NCBI GenBank assembly: GCA_041493955.1
Contig: JBGPZW010000001.1
Location: 1-61,914 of the forward strand
From: Terriglobia bacterium
GTDB lineage: Bacteria; Acidobacteriota; Terriglobia; Acidiferrales; UBA7541
Direction of reading: 5' to 3'
Length of the DNA: 61,914 nt
Positions 9,237-18,855 of this stretch are shown here, one piece after another. The position numbers and the translations under genes are program-made. The notes below the pieces were generated by a model. It did not search any database, was not told the origin of the DNA, and worked only from the letters and a program-made list of their open reading frames with translations. Position 1 is the first letter of the stretch, and each line of letters begins with the position of its first letter.

Positions 9237-10433
9237 GTGACCGAGAGGCTCTACTACCACGATTCGTTCCTCCGCGAGTTTGATGCGCAGGTGGTCTCGG
9301 CGCAGCCGGCCGGCGAGAGGTGGGAAATCGTGCTCGACCGCACAGCGTTCTACCCCGCCTCTGGCGGCCAGCCACACGATGTCGGAGCGCTCGGTGGCGC
9401 CGCGGTCGTCGAAGTCCAGGAGCGTGGCGACGAGAGCGTTGTTCATGTCACGGACCGGGCGCTGGCCCGCGGCCCCGTCCACGGAATCATTGACTGGGAG
9501 CGCCGCTTCGATCACATGCAGCAGCACACCGGGCAGCACCTGCTCTCGGCGGCCTTCCTGGAGACATTCAAGTTGCCCACCGTGTCCTTCCATCTGGGTC
9601 GTGAGGTCTCCACGATCGATCTGGCGGCGCCGGGCATCGAGCCGTCTCAGTTAGAGGAAGCTGAGCGACGAACGAACGAGATCATCTTTGAAGACCGGCC
9701 GGTACGTGTGACCTTTGGCACAGCCCAGCAGTTGGCCGAGGCGGGCGTGCGCAAGCAGGTCGAGCGCGAAGGCCTGCTGCGCGCGATTGAGATCGAAGGT
9801 TTCGAGCGGCAGCCTTGCGGGGGTACGCATGCGGCGCGCACCGGACAGATTGGACTGGTGCTGCTGCGCAAGTGCGAGAAGGCGAAGCAGAATTGGCGCG
9901 TGGAATTCGTCTGCGGCGAGCGCGCGCGGCGCGCGGCGCGCGGCGACTTCGCCACGCTTGGCGAGGCGGCGCGGCTGCTCAGTTGCAGCCAGGGCGAGGT
10001 ACCCGCGATGGTTTCCCGAGCGCTCGAGGAGCGCCAGGCGGGACATCGCGCCCGACAGCGGTTGGTGGAACAACTGGCCGAAGTCCAGGCGCTGGCGCTT
10101 CTGGCGACCGAGATGCGCGTAGGCAAGTCTGGTGCTCCACGCGTGGTCTTGCGCGTGTTTGACGATGCCGACGCCGACTACCTGCGCCTGCTGGCCGGCA
10201 AGATCGTGGCCGAGCCGGGCGTGCATGCGCTTTTCGCGTCGCGCCTGGGCGGGCACGTTGTCTTCGCGCGGTTCGCGGGGTTGGGGACCGACATGGGCGC
10301 CCTCTTGCGGGAAAGCCTGCAAGGTGCGGGAGGGAAGGGCGGCGGCACAAAGGAGTTCGCACAGGGCAGCGTGCCGGATGCGAGTGCGCTTGACGGCATC
10401 CTCCAGCGCGCCTTCGAGCGCCTCTGCTCCTGA
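9237..10433 (+). CDS. Alanyl-tRNA editing protein, AlaX-L type (AlaRS editing domain plus DHHA1-like C-terminus)
   Basis: The sequence includes VTERLYYHDSFLREFDAQV..., the HTGQHLLSA (HxxxH) motif and the CGGTH zinc motif. GTG at 9237 is preceded by GAAGGGGGA. The track ORF starting at 8745 overlaps thrC and is Arg/Ser-rich junk upstream of this point. Confidence 0.8.
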   Translation: MTERLYYHDSFLREFDAQVVSAQPAGERWEIVLDRTAFYPASGGQPHDVGALGGAAVVEVQERGDESVVHVTDRALARGPVHGIIDWERRFDHMQQHTGQHLLSAAFLETFKLPTVSFHLGREVSTIDLAAPGIEPSQLEEAERRTNEIIFEDRPVRVTFGTAQQLAEAGVRKQVEREGLLRAIEIEGFERQPCGGTHAARTGQIGLVLLRKCEKAKQNWRVEFVCGERARRAARGDFATLGEAARLLSCSQGEVPAMVSRALEERQAGHRARQRLVEQLAEVQALALLATEMRVGKSGAPRVVLRVFDDADADYLRLLAGKIVAEPGVHALFASRLGGHVVFARFAGLGTDMGALLRESLQGAGGKGGGTKEFAQGSVPDASALDGILQRAFERLCS

Positions 10434-10568
10434 GCCGGCGAGTTAGGGCATCCAGGATTACCTACCGTGGCATCTGCTCTGACTCTGCCTTGACCGGAAT
10501 CGCCCGGCAGGTCATCTTCGCTCTACTCCTGCCACGCGCAGGAAACGGGCTCCGGCGCGGAAGATTGA

Positions 10569-11510
10569 TTGCGCAACCTGATCATTCCGCTGAGTGCGTG
10601 CCTGCTGCTGGCCTCGGCCGCGGGGGCGCAGAGCCGTCCGCCTGCGTCCCCACCTCACCAAATCGAACCCGAAGAACCGGACTTCGCCTTTATCGCGGGC
10701 AGCGCCTACCTCCAGGGCAAGAATTCGATTCAGTTTATCCACCAGACTGCCTACGGCACGCGCCGGTTCCTGCAGCCGGATGGCTCGCGGCGCAACGAGG
10801 ACGAGTTTCTCTTCTTCCAACGCGTCGAATACGGCCTGACCGACCGCTTCGAATTGGATTTCGTCCTGCCCGCTGCCGGCAGCCGCACGCGTCTCAACGG
10901 CCGGACGATCACAAGCGACTTCGCGCTGGCCGATGGCCTGGTCGGCGTGCGCTATCAATTCCTCAGTGAAGGCAAAGCCCCGATCGCCCTGGCCATGGGC
11001 CCGCAGGTGAGATTTCCCTCGGGCAGCGTGCGCAAAGGCACCGGCACCGGCTCGACGGGGTTTGCCTGGGACGTCGCTGCGTCGAAGGACTTTCGTGGCC
11101 CCTTGTTCCTGTACACCACACTGAATTACCACGCGACTCCCTGGGCCGCGGACACCACACCCGGCTCGCCGCGCCGGTTCCTGCTTCATGGCGCGGATTG
11201 GGCCGTTGCCCTCGGCGTACAAGCCATCGAACGCCGAACCCGGGGCTACAAGCATGACTTTCACTTGTTTCTCGAAGGCGGCGGAGCGTGGGAGCAGGAA
11301 GTCGAGCCCGGCCCGGCCGCCGCGGTGCGGAGAGGAAAGCTATCCTGGGTCTTCTCGCCGGGTATGCGCTACGGCGTTCTCACCTCGCGCCGGACGCTGC
11401 TCGAGATTGGCGTGGCTACTCCCGTGGGCCTCGGTCCCAATGGGCCCAAGCGCAGCATCGCCATCCAACTCCAGTACGAAATCTACTTTACTCCGCCGAC
11501 TCCGGATTAG
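10569..11510 (+). CDS. Outer-membrane beta-barrel protein (transporter / MetA-pathway-like family)
   Basis: 313-aa ORF with a TTG start and signal peptide LSACLLLASAAGAQS. It shows alternating beta-strand patterning and an aromatic C-terminal strand (QLQYEIYF). The family assignment is tentative. Confidence 0.7.
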   Translation: MRNLIIPLSACLLLASAAGAQSRPPASPPHQIEPEEPDFAFIAGSAYLQGKNSIQFIHQTAYGTRRFLQPDGSRRNEDEFLFFQRVEYGLTDRFELDFVLPAAGSRTRLNGRTITSDFALADGLVGVRYQFLSEGKAPIALAMGPQVRFPSGSVRKGTGTGSTGFAWDVAASKDFRGPLFLYTTLNYHATPWAADTTPGSPRRFLLHGADWAVALGVQAIERRTRGYKHDFHLFLEGGGAWEQEVEPGPAAAVRRGKLSWVFSPGMRYGVLTSRRTLLEIGVATPVGLGPNGPKRSIAIQLQYEIYFTPPTPD

Positions 11511-11684
11511 GCCGCGCGCGCCAGGCTCTTTCACAGCGGCCTATTCTGGAGACTCTGTTCACGGTTTGCATTTTTCCGGTTGCACCAATTTGCGTCAGCG
11601 TAGTAGCATTCGGTTTTGCTTCAGATGGAGCGGGGATCGTCCAGCGAATCCGCGGGCGGATCATCCATCCGAAACTGACGTGAA

Positions 11685-12125
11685 TTGATGGAACTCTTTC
11701 TCAACATCTTCTGGCTGTTGCTCGCCCTGACAGGCGCCGGTCTCTGGGGCGCTCGATGGTCGCGGACCGTGCCGAGTCGCGCACGCGGCGCAGAGGTGTT
11801 CCGCAGTGCCGTGGGCCTGGTTTGCGTGCTGGTGCTATTGTTCTTCGCGATTTCACTCACCGATGACCTGAACATGGTACCTGCAGTGGCCGAGGAGGCC
11901 CGCTCTTCCCGCCGGACACTGCAGATCTGGAAAGGGTCGCAGACGGATCCCGATCCGGAAAAGCATTCTGCCGCCTACGACACCGCGGTCTTGTTGGCGC
12001 TGTTCGCTCCACACAGCGCACTGATCAGCCGCCTGGTGACGACGGATGCGGGGTCGCCCCGGGCGGCGGCCCACCAGCCTCTCCAGGGTCGTGCTCCTCC
12101 CCGGTTCGCCTCACACTCGCTTTAG
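11685..12125 (+). CDS. Hypothetical small membrane protein upstream of the czcCBA-like operon
   Basis: 146-aa ORF with two predicted TM helices (LFLNIFWLLLALTGAGLW and VGLVCVLVLLFFAISL) and a Pro/Ala-rich tail. I recognise no family. Confidence 0.5.
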   Translation: MMELFLNIFWLLLALTGAGLWGARWSRTVPSRARGAEVFRSAVGLVCVLVLLFFAISLTDDLNMVPAVAEEARSSRRTLQIWKGSQTDPDPEKHSAAYDTAVLLALFAPHSALISRLVTTDAGSPRAAAHQPLQGRAPPRFASHSL

Positions 12126-12179
12126 TCCGTTCCGAGTTCCCAAAACCTAGTTTGTTGGCAATCGTCCCAGAGAGGCTCT

Positions 12180-13433
12180 ATGTGGCGAGCACTTTGCTGT
12201 CTGGCATTTCTTTGGTTCGGGTCTGTGTCCCTCGCGGCCGCTGACAATCCCGACCATCCTTTGACGTTACGCGAGGTGCTGGAACTCCTGCACGCGCGAA
12301 GCCCGCTGTTGGCCTCGGCCCGGGCCCATACCGAGGCCACGGCTGCGAATGAAATCACCGCGGGACTGCATCCCAATCCCCAGATCAACCTGGCCAACGA
12401 GGACTTCAACGTGTTCAGGCCGAGCGAGTTCGATATTCGGCGGAAGCAAGAATTCACCTACAGCGCGCTGCAGATCGTTGAGCGCGGGCACAAACGCCAA
12501 TTCCGCGTGGAAAGCGCGAGGCTGGCCACTCGGGTGGCTCAGGACGCCTACCGCGACGTGGAGCGCCAGGTCGAACTGGCCGTGAAGAGCGCGTTCGTCA
12601 CCATGCTTCTGGCGAAATCGAATCTGCAAATCGCGCGCGACAACCTGAGGGATTATCAGGAAACCGTCCGGCTGAATGATATCCGGCTGAAGGCCGGCGA
12701 CATCAGCCAGACGGATTTCGACCGCATCCGTCTCGAGCAGGCGCGGTTTGAAAACGATCTGCTCGCCGCCAAACTGGCGCTAGATCAGACGCGCGTGCAA
12801 CTGGAAAGCCTGCTCGGCCTGGAGGACTTTCCGCCCAGCTTTGACATCCAGGGCGATTTGTCCGCGCCGGACTTGGCTTTCACCGTGGCGGAGCTCGACC
12901 AAAAAGCGCTGGCGGGCCGGCCCGATTATCTGGCCGCGCGCGACACTGCGCGCAAGGCCGAGGCCGACGTGCGGTTGGCGGACGCCAACGCCGCCACCGA
13001 TATCGCCGTGGGCAGCGAATACAAGCGCAACGGCCAGGACAACACCCTGGGCTTCACCGTCGCGTTTCCCCTGCGGATTTTTGACCGCAACCAGGGCGAA
13101 AAGCTGCGCACGCGCCGCGAGCTCGACTCCACGCGTTTCGCCGAATCCGCCGCGCGCATCGTTGTCCTGGCTGACGTCGCGCAGGCCTACGAAGCGTATC
13201 AAAGCGCGACGGCTCGCGCGCAGCTCTACTCCGGGGACTATCTCGAGCGGGCCCGCCAGGTTCGCGACCGCGTCGCCTTCAGCTACCGCAACGGCGGCGC
13301 CAGCCTGCTCGAATATCTCGACGCGGTGCGCAGCTACCGCGACGTGGAACTCGCCTGGCGTTCTTCCCATGCGCAGGTGATGACTGCTATCCATCAACTG
13401 AGTTTTGTGACTGGAACGGAGCTCTGGCCATGA
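12180..13433 (+). CDS. TolC/CzcC family outer-membrane efflux protein
   Basis: 417-aa ORF with a signal peptide. It has the tandem OEP repeat pattern (LTLREVLELL..., AARDTARKAEADVRLA...). It overlaps the next gene by 4 nt (ATGA). Confidence 0.85.
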   Translation: MWRALCCLAFLWFGSVSLAAADNPDHPLTLREVLELLHARSPLLASARAHTEATAANEITAGLHPNPQINLANEDFNVFRPSEFDIRRKQEFTYSALQIVERGHKRQFRVESARLATRVAQDAYRDVERQVELAVKSAFVTMLLAKSNLQIARDNLRDYQETVRLNDIRLKAGDISQTDFDRIRLEQARFENDLLAAKLALDQTRVQLESLLGLEDFPPSFDIQGDLSAPDLAFTVAELDQKALAGRPDYLAARDTARKAEADVRLADANAATDIAVGSEYKRNGQDNTLGFTVAFPLRIFDRNQGEKLRTRRELDSTRFAESAARIVVLADVAQAYEAYQSATARAQLYSGDYLERARQVRDRVAFSYRNGGASLLEYLDAVRSYRDVELAWRSSHAQVMTAIHQLSFVTGTELWP

Positions 13434-14542
13434 AAAAAGCCGCTCATTTCGCTTGGCTGCTGTGCTGTTTCGCCGCGTCCTCCTGCAGTACTTCGGCCCC
13501 GCAAAAGCCGCAAGCGGCCGCAGCCGAATCTTCGACTGCGAACGAGGTGGTGCTGGCGGCCGACTCGCGAGGCGTCCAGACTGTGGCCGCGGCGGAGCGG
13601 CCCATCGCTGACGTCCTGCAGGTTCCGGCGCGCATTCAGCCCGACCCGGCGCGCGTCATCCGCGTCTTTCCCCCGGTCGGCGGCCGCGTGGTTTCCGTGG
13701 AGGTGCGGCCGGGCGATCGCGTGACCAAGGGCCAGCTATTGGCCCTGCTCGAAAGCAGCGAAGTCTCCACTGCGCGCGCCGACTACCAGAAGGCCCACGC
13801 GGACGCCGAAGTCAAAGAGAAAGCTCTGCGCCGCGCCTCGATGCTCTTTGAGAACAAAGTCCTCTCAGAGAAAGAGCACCAGCAGGCCGAGGCCGACGCG
13901 GCCATGGCGGAAGCCGAATTTCACCGGGCGCTCGACCGTCTGCGTGTGCTCGGGGTGGACCCGGATGAGACTTCAAACCGCCTGAGGGTACTGGCGCCGC
14001 GTTCGGGCGTGATCCTGGACATTGGCGCCGCCACTGGGGAGTTTTCCAAGTCGCTCGATGCGCCGCAGCCGCTCTGCACGCTGGCGGACCTGAGCAGCGT
14101 CTGGGCGCTGGGCGACCTGCTGGAACGAGACGTCGCCAGCCTGCGGCCGGGCGTCTCTGCCGAAATCCTGGTGAACGCCTATCCTTCCCGAAAGTGGACC
14201 GGCCGTGTCGCGGCCATCTCGGACGTTATGGATCCCCTCACCCACACGGTGAAGCTCCGCGTGGTGCTGGCCAACCCGGCCGGGCAACTCAAGCCGGAGA
14301 TGTTTGCCGTGATTCGTTTGCCCCGCGCGGGCGCCGCCGGGCTGATCATTCCGGGCGCGGCGGTGGTGCGGGAGGGCTCGCAGTCGTTTGTATTCGTTCA
14401 GAAGTCGCCCGGGCGGTTCGAACGCCGCGCGGTGACCCTTGGGCGGTCCACCGATGGGGAGGTGGAGATCACCTCGGGCCTGACCGCCGGGGAAATGGTG
14501 GTGGCCGAAGGCGCCCTGCTTCTGCGCGCGGCCAGTTCCTGA
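13430..14542 (+). CDS. Efflux RND transporter periplasmic adaptor subunit (CzcB/HlyD family)
   Basis: 370-aa ORF with a lipoprotein-like signal (CCFAASSCS). It contains a barrel-sandwich/coiled-coil hairpin pattern and GxxVxxGQxL motifs. Confidence 0.85.
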   Translation: MKKAAHFAWLLCCFAASSCSTSAPQKPQAAAAESSTANEVVLAADSRGVQTVAAAERPIADVLQVPARIQPDPARVIRVFPPVGGRVVSVEVRPGDRVTKGQLLALLESSEVSTARADYQKAHADAEVKEKALRRASMLFENKVLSEKEHQQAEADAAMAEAEFHRALDRLRVLGVDPDETSNRLRVLAPRSGVILDIGAATGEFSKSLDAPQPLCTLADLSSVWALGDLLERDVASLRPGVSAEILVNAYPSRKWTGRVAAISDVMDPLTHTVKLRVVLANPAGQLKPEMFAVIRLPRAGAAGLIIPGAAVVREGSQSFVFVQKSPGRFERRAVTLGRSTDGEVEITSGLTAGEMVVAEGALLLRAASS

Positions 14543-14623
14543 GGCGCAGATGAAAGCCCTGGTCGAGGTTCTCCTCCGTTATCGCGCGATGATGCTGCTG
14601 GCCATGGCGGGCTGGCTCTCGGT

Positions 14624-17620
14624 GTGTATCTCTTCCTGCGGCTGGATATCGAGGCCTACCCGGACCCTGCGCCGCCACTGGTCGAGGTCATCACGCAGAA
14701 TCCCTCCTGGTCGGCCGAAGAGATGGAACGCCAGATCACCGTGCCGATCGAGACCGCGCTCAACGGCTTGCCCCACCTCCAGTACGTTCGCGCGATCAGC
14801 ATTTTCGGTCTGAGCGACATCAAGCTCTATTTCGACTATGGCAGTGACTACTTCATGGACCGCCAGGAAGTCGTCAACCGGCTGCAGTTCGTGGTTCTGC
14901 CGCAGGGAATTGCGCCGCCGCAGCTCTCGCCGTGGTCCACCATCGGCGAAATCCTCCGCTACCGGCTGGACGGCCCAGGCTACTCACTCAACGAACTGAA
15001 GGCCGCGCAGGACTGGCTGGTGCGGCGCGAGATCAAGCAGGTGCCGGGCATCATTGACATCACCACGTTCGGCGGCACTACCCGACAATATCAGGCCGAA
15101 GTGGACCCGCGAAAGCTGCTGCAGTACGGCGTGACCCTGCCGCAGGTGCTCAACGCCGTTGCGGCGGGCAATGCCAATGCCGGCGGGAACTACCTTACGC
15201 TCGGCAGCCAAAACGTCAACGTGCGCGGGCTGGGCCTGCTCCGCAGCCTCGAGGACATGCGCAGCGTCATCATTACCGAGCGTAACGCCGTCCCCGTTTT
15301 CCTGCGCGACGTGGCCGAGATTCGCGAGGGCTACCAGCCGCGTCTCGGCCGTGTGGGCATGGATGGGGACTCCGACATCGTGCAGGGCACGGTGCTGCTC
15401 CAGCGCGGCGAGCAGTCGCTGCCGGTTCTGGAGGCGCTGCGGGCCAAGATCGCGCGGCTGAACGGCGGCCTGCTCCCGCGCGGGATGCGCATTCACACGA
15501 TCTATGACCGCACCAACCTGATTCGAGTGACCACGCACACGGTGCGGGAGGTAGTGCTGCTTGGACTGGTTCTGGTCACCGCGTTGTTGCTGGTCTTCCT
15601 GGGCGATGTGCGCATCTGCCTGGTTGCGGCTCTCTCCATTCCGCTCTCCCTCCTGTTTGCTTTCATGCTCCTGGTTCTCACGCGCCAGTCCGCCAACCTC
15701 ATCTCCATCGGCGCGATCGACTTCGGCATCCTGGTGGACACGGCGGTGATCGGTCTGGAGCATATCCACCGCCGGCTGCGCTCGAGGGCCACTCACGAGC
15801 CGGTTTTCGAGGTCATTGCCGAGGCCCTCGCGGAGTCTTCGCGGCCCGTTTTCTTCTCGGTCGGCGTGATTCTAGTCGCCTTTATTCCCCTGTTCACGAT
15901 GACCGGCGTGCCCGGAAAGATCTTCGCGCCGATGTCGATCACCTACGGTTACGCCCTGGTGGGGGGATGTTTATTCGCGCTGTTTCTCGCGCCCGTGCTC
16001 GCCTCCTACGGCGCGGAGGTGGCGCGCGTCAAGGGCGGCGGCGATACGCCACCCGTGCGCTGGTTGCGCTACCACTACGAGCGCCTCTTGCCCGGGCTGC
16101 TCCGGCGCCGCCGGAGAGCCCTGATGGTCGCCGGTGTGCTTCTGCTGGCCGCCATGGCCCTGGTTCCCTTCATTGGGGGCGAGTTCATGCCCAAGCTTGA
16201 GGAAGGGAACATGTGGATTCGCGCCACCCTGCCGCAGGATATTTCCTTCGAGACGTCTTCCCGCCTGGCCGATCAACTCCGCCAAGTGCTACGGAGCTAT
16301 CCGGAGGTCACCCAGATCGTCTCGCAGCTTGGCCGGCCGGATGACGGCACCGACGTCACCACCTTTAACAACATCGAGTTTGCCGTTGACCTCAAGCCGC
16401 ATGGCGAGTGGCCCGGCCACATGTCCAAGGAAAAGCTCATCGAGCAGATGCAGCGCGAATTGGGGAAATTCCCCGGGATCGAATTCAACTTCTCCCAAAA
16501 TATTCAGGACAACGTGGAAGAGGCCATGTCCGGAGTGAAAGGGGAAAACTCGCTGAAACTGTTCGGCGACGACATTGATGTGCTGGTCTCAAGGGCGGAA
16601 GAGATTCGCGAGGTCATGGCCGGCGTTCCCGGGATCACCGACCTGGCTGTGTTTCCGGTCACCGGTCAGCCGGAACTGCTCATCTCAATCGACCGCTCGG
16701 CCAGCGCCCGGTATGGGCTGATGGCTGCCGACGTCAACGCCGCCGTGCAGGCCGCCATTGGCGGCCAGGCGGTGACCCAGATCCTGGAGGGAGACCGGCG
16801 TTTCGACTTTGTAGTTCGCTACCGACCGGAGTTCCGTCAGAGCGTGGAGGCAATTCGCAACATTCTACTGCCGACACCGGAAGGCGGCCGGGTACCTCTT
16901 GGCCAGGTTGCCAGCGTGGAGATGCACCGCGGCGCCTTCATGATCTATCGCGAGAACGGCCGACGCTACCTCCCGGTGAAGTTCAGCGTCCGCGGGCGCG
17001 ACCTTTCCGGCACCATGGCCGACATGGAAGGCCGGCTGGGCCGGCGTGTGCGCTTGCCCGAGGGCTACCACTACGAATGGGCTGGCGAATATGAGAGCCT
17101 GAAGAGAGAATTGCGCCGGTTGGCGATCATCATCCCGATCAGCCTGGCCATCATCGTGGCCCTGCTCTACGTCCTGTTCAATTCACTCAACGACGCGTGG
17201 ATTGTTCTGGGCGTTCTGCCATTTGGGGCGGTTGGCGGCGTGCTTTCTCTGCTGCTAACGCGCACGCCCTTCAGCATTTCCGCGTCCGTTGGGTTCGCTT
17301 CCGCCATCGGGGTGACCACGCTGGCGGCCTCGGTGTTTCTCTCCGGCATTCGCCGTTTGGAAAGGAAGGGAATGCCGTTCCATGCCGCTATCCTGGCCGG
17401 TTCGATGGTGGAAATGCGGCCGATCATGCTGGCCTGTCTGGCTGCGGGCCTGGGCCTGCTGCCCGCGGCGATCTCGACCGGGATTGGGGCGCAGGCCCAG
17501 CAGCCGCTGGCGCGCGTCGTAGTGGGCGCCATGGTCACCGCAACGCTGGCGATTCTCTTTTTGCTTCCGGTCTTTGCCAGTTACCGCCCTGCCGTGTATC
17601 CTCCAGGTCAGCAGAGGTGA
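14624..17620 (+). CDS. CzcA/CusA family heavy-metal efflux RND permease (N-terminus apparently frameshifted, see findings)
   Basis: 998-aa ORF with a 12-TM RND pattern and good colinearity with CzcA (DIEAYPDPAPPLVEV...). The expected first 20-25 residues (MKALVEVLLRYRAMMLLAMAG) are encoded in another frame starting at ATG 14550. Confidence 0.85.
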   Translation: MYLFLRLDIEAYPDPAPPLVEVITQNPSWSAEEMERQITVPIETALNGLPHLQYVRAISIFGLSDIKLYFDYGSDYFMDRQEVVNRLQFVVLPQGIAPPQLSPWSTIGEILRYRLDGPGYSLNELKAAQDWLVRREIKQVPGIIDITTFGGTTRQYQAEVDPRKLLQYGVTLPQVLNAVAAGNANAGGNYLTLGSQNVNVRGLGLLRSLEDMRSVIITERNAVPVFLRDVAEIREGYQPRLGRVGMDGDSDIVQGTVLLQRGEQSLPVLEALRAKIARLNGGLLPRGMRIHTIYDRTNLIRVTTHTVREVVLLGLVLVTALLLVFLGDVRICLVAALSIPLSLLFAFMLLVLTRQSANLISIGAIDFGILVDTAVIGLEHIHRRLRSRATHEPVFEVIAEALAESSRPVFFSVGVILVAFIPLFTMTGVPGKIFAPMSITYGYALVGGCLFALFLAPVLASYGAEVARVKGGGDTPPVRWLRYHYERLLPGLLRRRRRALMVAGVLLLAAMALVPFIGGEFMPKLEEGNMWIRATLPQDISFETSSRLADQLRQVLRSYPEVTQIVSQLGRPDDGTDVTTFNNIEFAVDLKPHGEWPGHMSKEKLIEQMQRELGKFPGIEFNFSQNIQDNVEEAMSGVKGENSLKLFGDDIDVLVSRAEEIREVMAGVPGITDLAVFPVTGQPELLISIDRSASARYGLMAADVNAAVQAAIGGQAVTQILEGDRRFDFVVRYRPEFRQSVEAIRNILLPTPEGGRVPLGQVASVEMHRGAFMIYRENGRRYLPVKFSVRGRDLSGTMADMEGRLGRRVRLPEGYHYEWAGEYESLKRELRRLAIIIPISLAIIVALLYVLFNSLNDAWIVLGVLPFGAVGGVLSLLLTRTPFSISASVGFASAIGVTTLAASVFLSGIRRLERKGMPFHAAILAGSMVEMRPIMLACLAAGLGLLPAAISTGIGAQAQQPLARVVVGAMVTATLAILFLLPVFASYRPAVYPPGQQR

Positions 17621-17731
17621 ACGCGCGGTCGCGCACCCAAGAGGCCTCTGCGCAGTGCAAGGCAACTTGCCTGTAACCTTCTGCGCGGGTCACGCGTAGA
17701 ATGCTCTGAGGGGATCTCCAGGGAGGCACGC

Positions 17732-18505
17732 ATGCGGAAGATCGCGCGGGTCGGAATGCTCGCCGTGGCGCTGGCGGCGATCCCGACCGTCCAAGCTGCG
17801 AACCAGGAGCAAAAGGCGGCAGCCTCCAAGCTCGCGCCCGTCTCGCTGCCCACCGTTGACCAGATCTTGGACAAGTACGTTCGGGCTCTGGGCGGCAAGT
17901 CCGCGATTGAAAAGCTCACCAGCAGAGTTTCCAAGGGTACATTCGATATCCCCGCGCTGGGCGTGATCGGATCGTTTGAAGCTTACGCGAAAGCGCCGAA
18001 CAAATCGGCCTCAGTCGTCGATATCCCTTCCTTTGGACAGATTCGCCAGGGTTTTGATGGCAAGGTGGGCTGGGCCGGGAACCCGCAGCAGGGCCTCCGC
18101 GAGCTGAGCGGACAGGAACTCGGCACCGCGATGCGGTCGGCAGAATTCCACCAGGTCCTCAAATTTCATCAACTCTACGCGAAGATGACGGTCAAAGGCG
18201 CCGAGAAGGTCGGTGAGCGCGACACCTATGTGATCGAGGCAGATCCCGGCGATGGCAGCCTCCGCCGGATGTATTTTGATTCTCTGACCGGGCTGTTGGT
18301 GCGCAATGTGATCGAGCGCGATGGCCCGCAAGGCCGCCTCACGTTTGAGAGCTATCCCGAAGACTATCGTGAGGTGGGTGGGATCAAGGTTCCGTTCGTC
18401 CTGCGGCAGAACAACCCCGACGTGAGCTTCGTCATTACGATGACCGAGATCCAGCACAACGTTCCAGTGGACGACGCCAGATTCTCCAAGGCCGGATCAA
18501 ATTAA
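17732..18505 (+). CDS. Secreted LolA-like / outer-membrane lipoprotein-sorting-like protein
   Basis: 257-aa ORF with signal peptide MLAVALAAIPTVQA. The pattern DQILDKYVRALGGKSAIEKL...YAKAPNK...FDGKVGW...YPEDYREVGGIKVPF is typical of this widespread family. Confidence 0.7.
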   Translation: MRKIARVGMLAVALAAIPTVQAANQEQKAAASKLAPVSLPTVDQILDKYVRALGGKSAIEKLTSRVSKGTFDIPALGVIGSFEAYAKAPNKSASVVDIPSFGQIRQGFDGKVGWAGNPQQGLRELSGQELGTAMRSAEFHQVLKFHQLYAKMTVKGAEKVGERDTYVIEADPGDGSLRRMYFDSLTGLLVRNVIERDGPQGRLTFESYPEDYREVGGIKVPFVLRQNNPDVSFVITMTEIQHNVPVDDARFSKAGSN

Positions 18506-18531
18506 CCGCCAGTGGTTTAGCGCCGGCCTCT

Positions 18532-18726
18532 GTGCCGAAACAACGGAGAGACGCCGGCGCGGGTCGGCCGCCACCTCGAGCACCCATCAACAGTGAAGAG
18601 CTCTGCGCGGATTGCGAGCGGCGTTCCGACGAGAACTGCGCCGAGTGCCGCAGCGAGTGGATCCCCTCCAATCCCAACTTTTTTTACCTCTGCCGGGAGT
18701 GCCGCGAAACCAGCGTGCCCTGCTAG
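18532..18726 (+). CDS. Hypothetical small Cys-rich protein (three CxxC motifs)
   Basis: 64-aa ORF with a GTG start: ...CADC-x7-CAEC-x15-CREC...C. The Cys-rich part has strongly GC-rich third codon positions. The start codon is uncertain and there is no clear Shine-Dalgarno sequence. Confidence 0.4.
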   Translation: MPKQRRDAGAGRPPPRAPINSEELCADCERRSDENCAECRSEWIPSNPNFFYLCRECRETSVPC

Positions 18727-18772
18727 CTCCGTTGGCAGCGCCGCGCGGCTCTGCTAGAATTGGGTCATTCCG

Positions 18773-18827
18773 TGGGCGGCTAGCTCAGCTGGGAGAGCGT
18801 CCCGATGCATCGGGAAGGCTGTGGGTT
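18773..18827 (+). pseudogene. Degenerate partial tRNA (5' half of a tRNA-Ala-like gene)
   Basis: 29 nt (cgtgggcggctagctcagctgggagagcg) are identical to the start of the downstream tRNA-Ala. The anticodon arm TCCCG-ATGCAT-CGGGA has only a 6-nt loop. No complementary T-stem 3' strand or acceptor 3' strand is present. Confidence 0.7.
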
Positions 18828-18855
18828 CCTGGCTGGGGGCTGCTGGACAATTTCG

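Noticed and set aside
7994-10433. Adjacency of a zinc-ribbon threonine synthase homologue and an AlaX-type editing protein as a possible functional pair.
   Set aside because: Both are common housekeeping genes. A 52-nt gap and no known functional link make simple co-location the likelier explanation.
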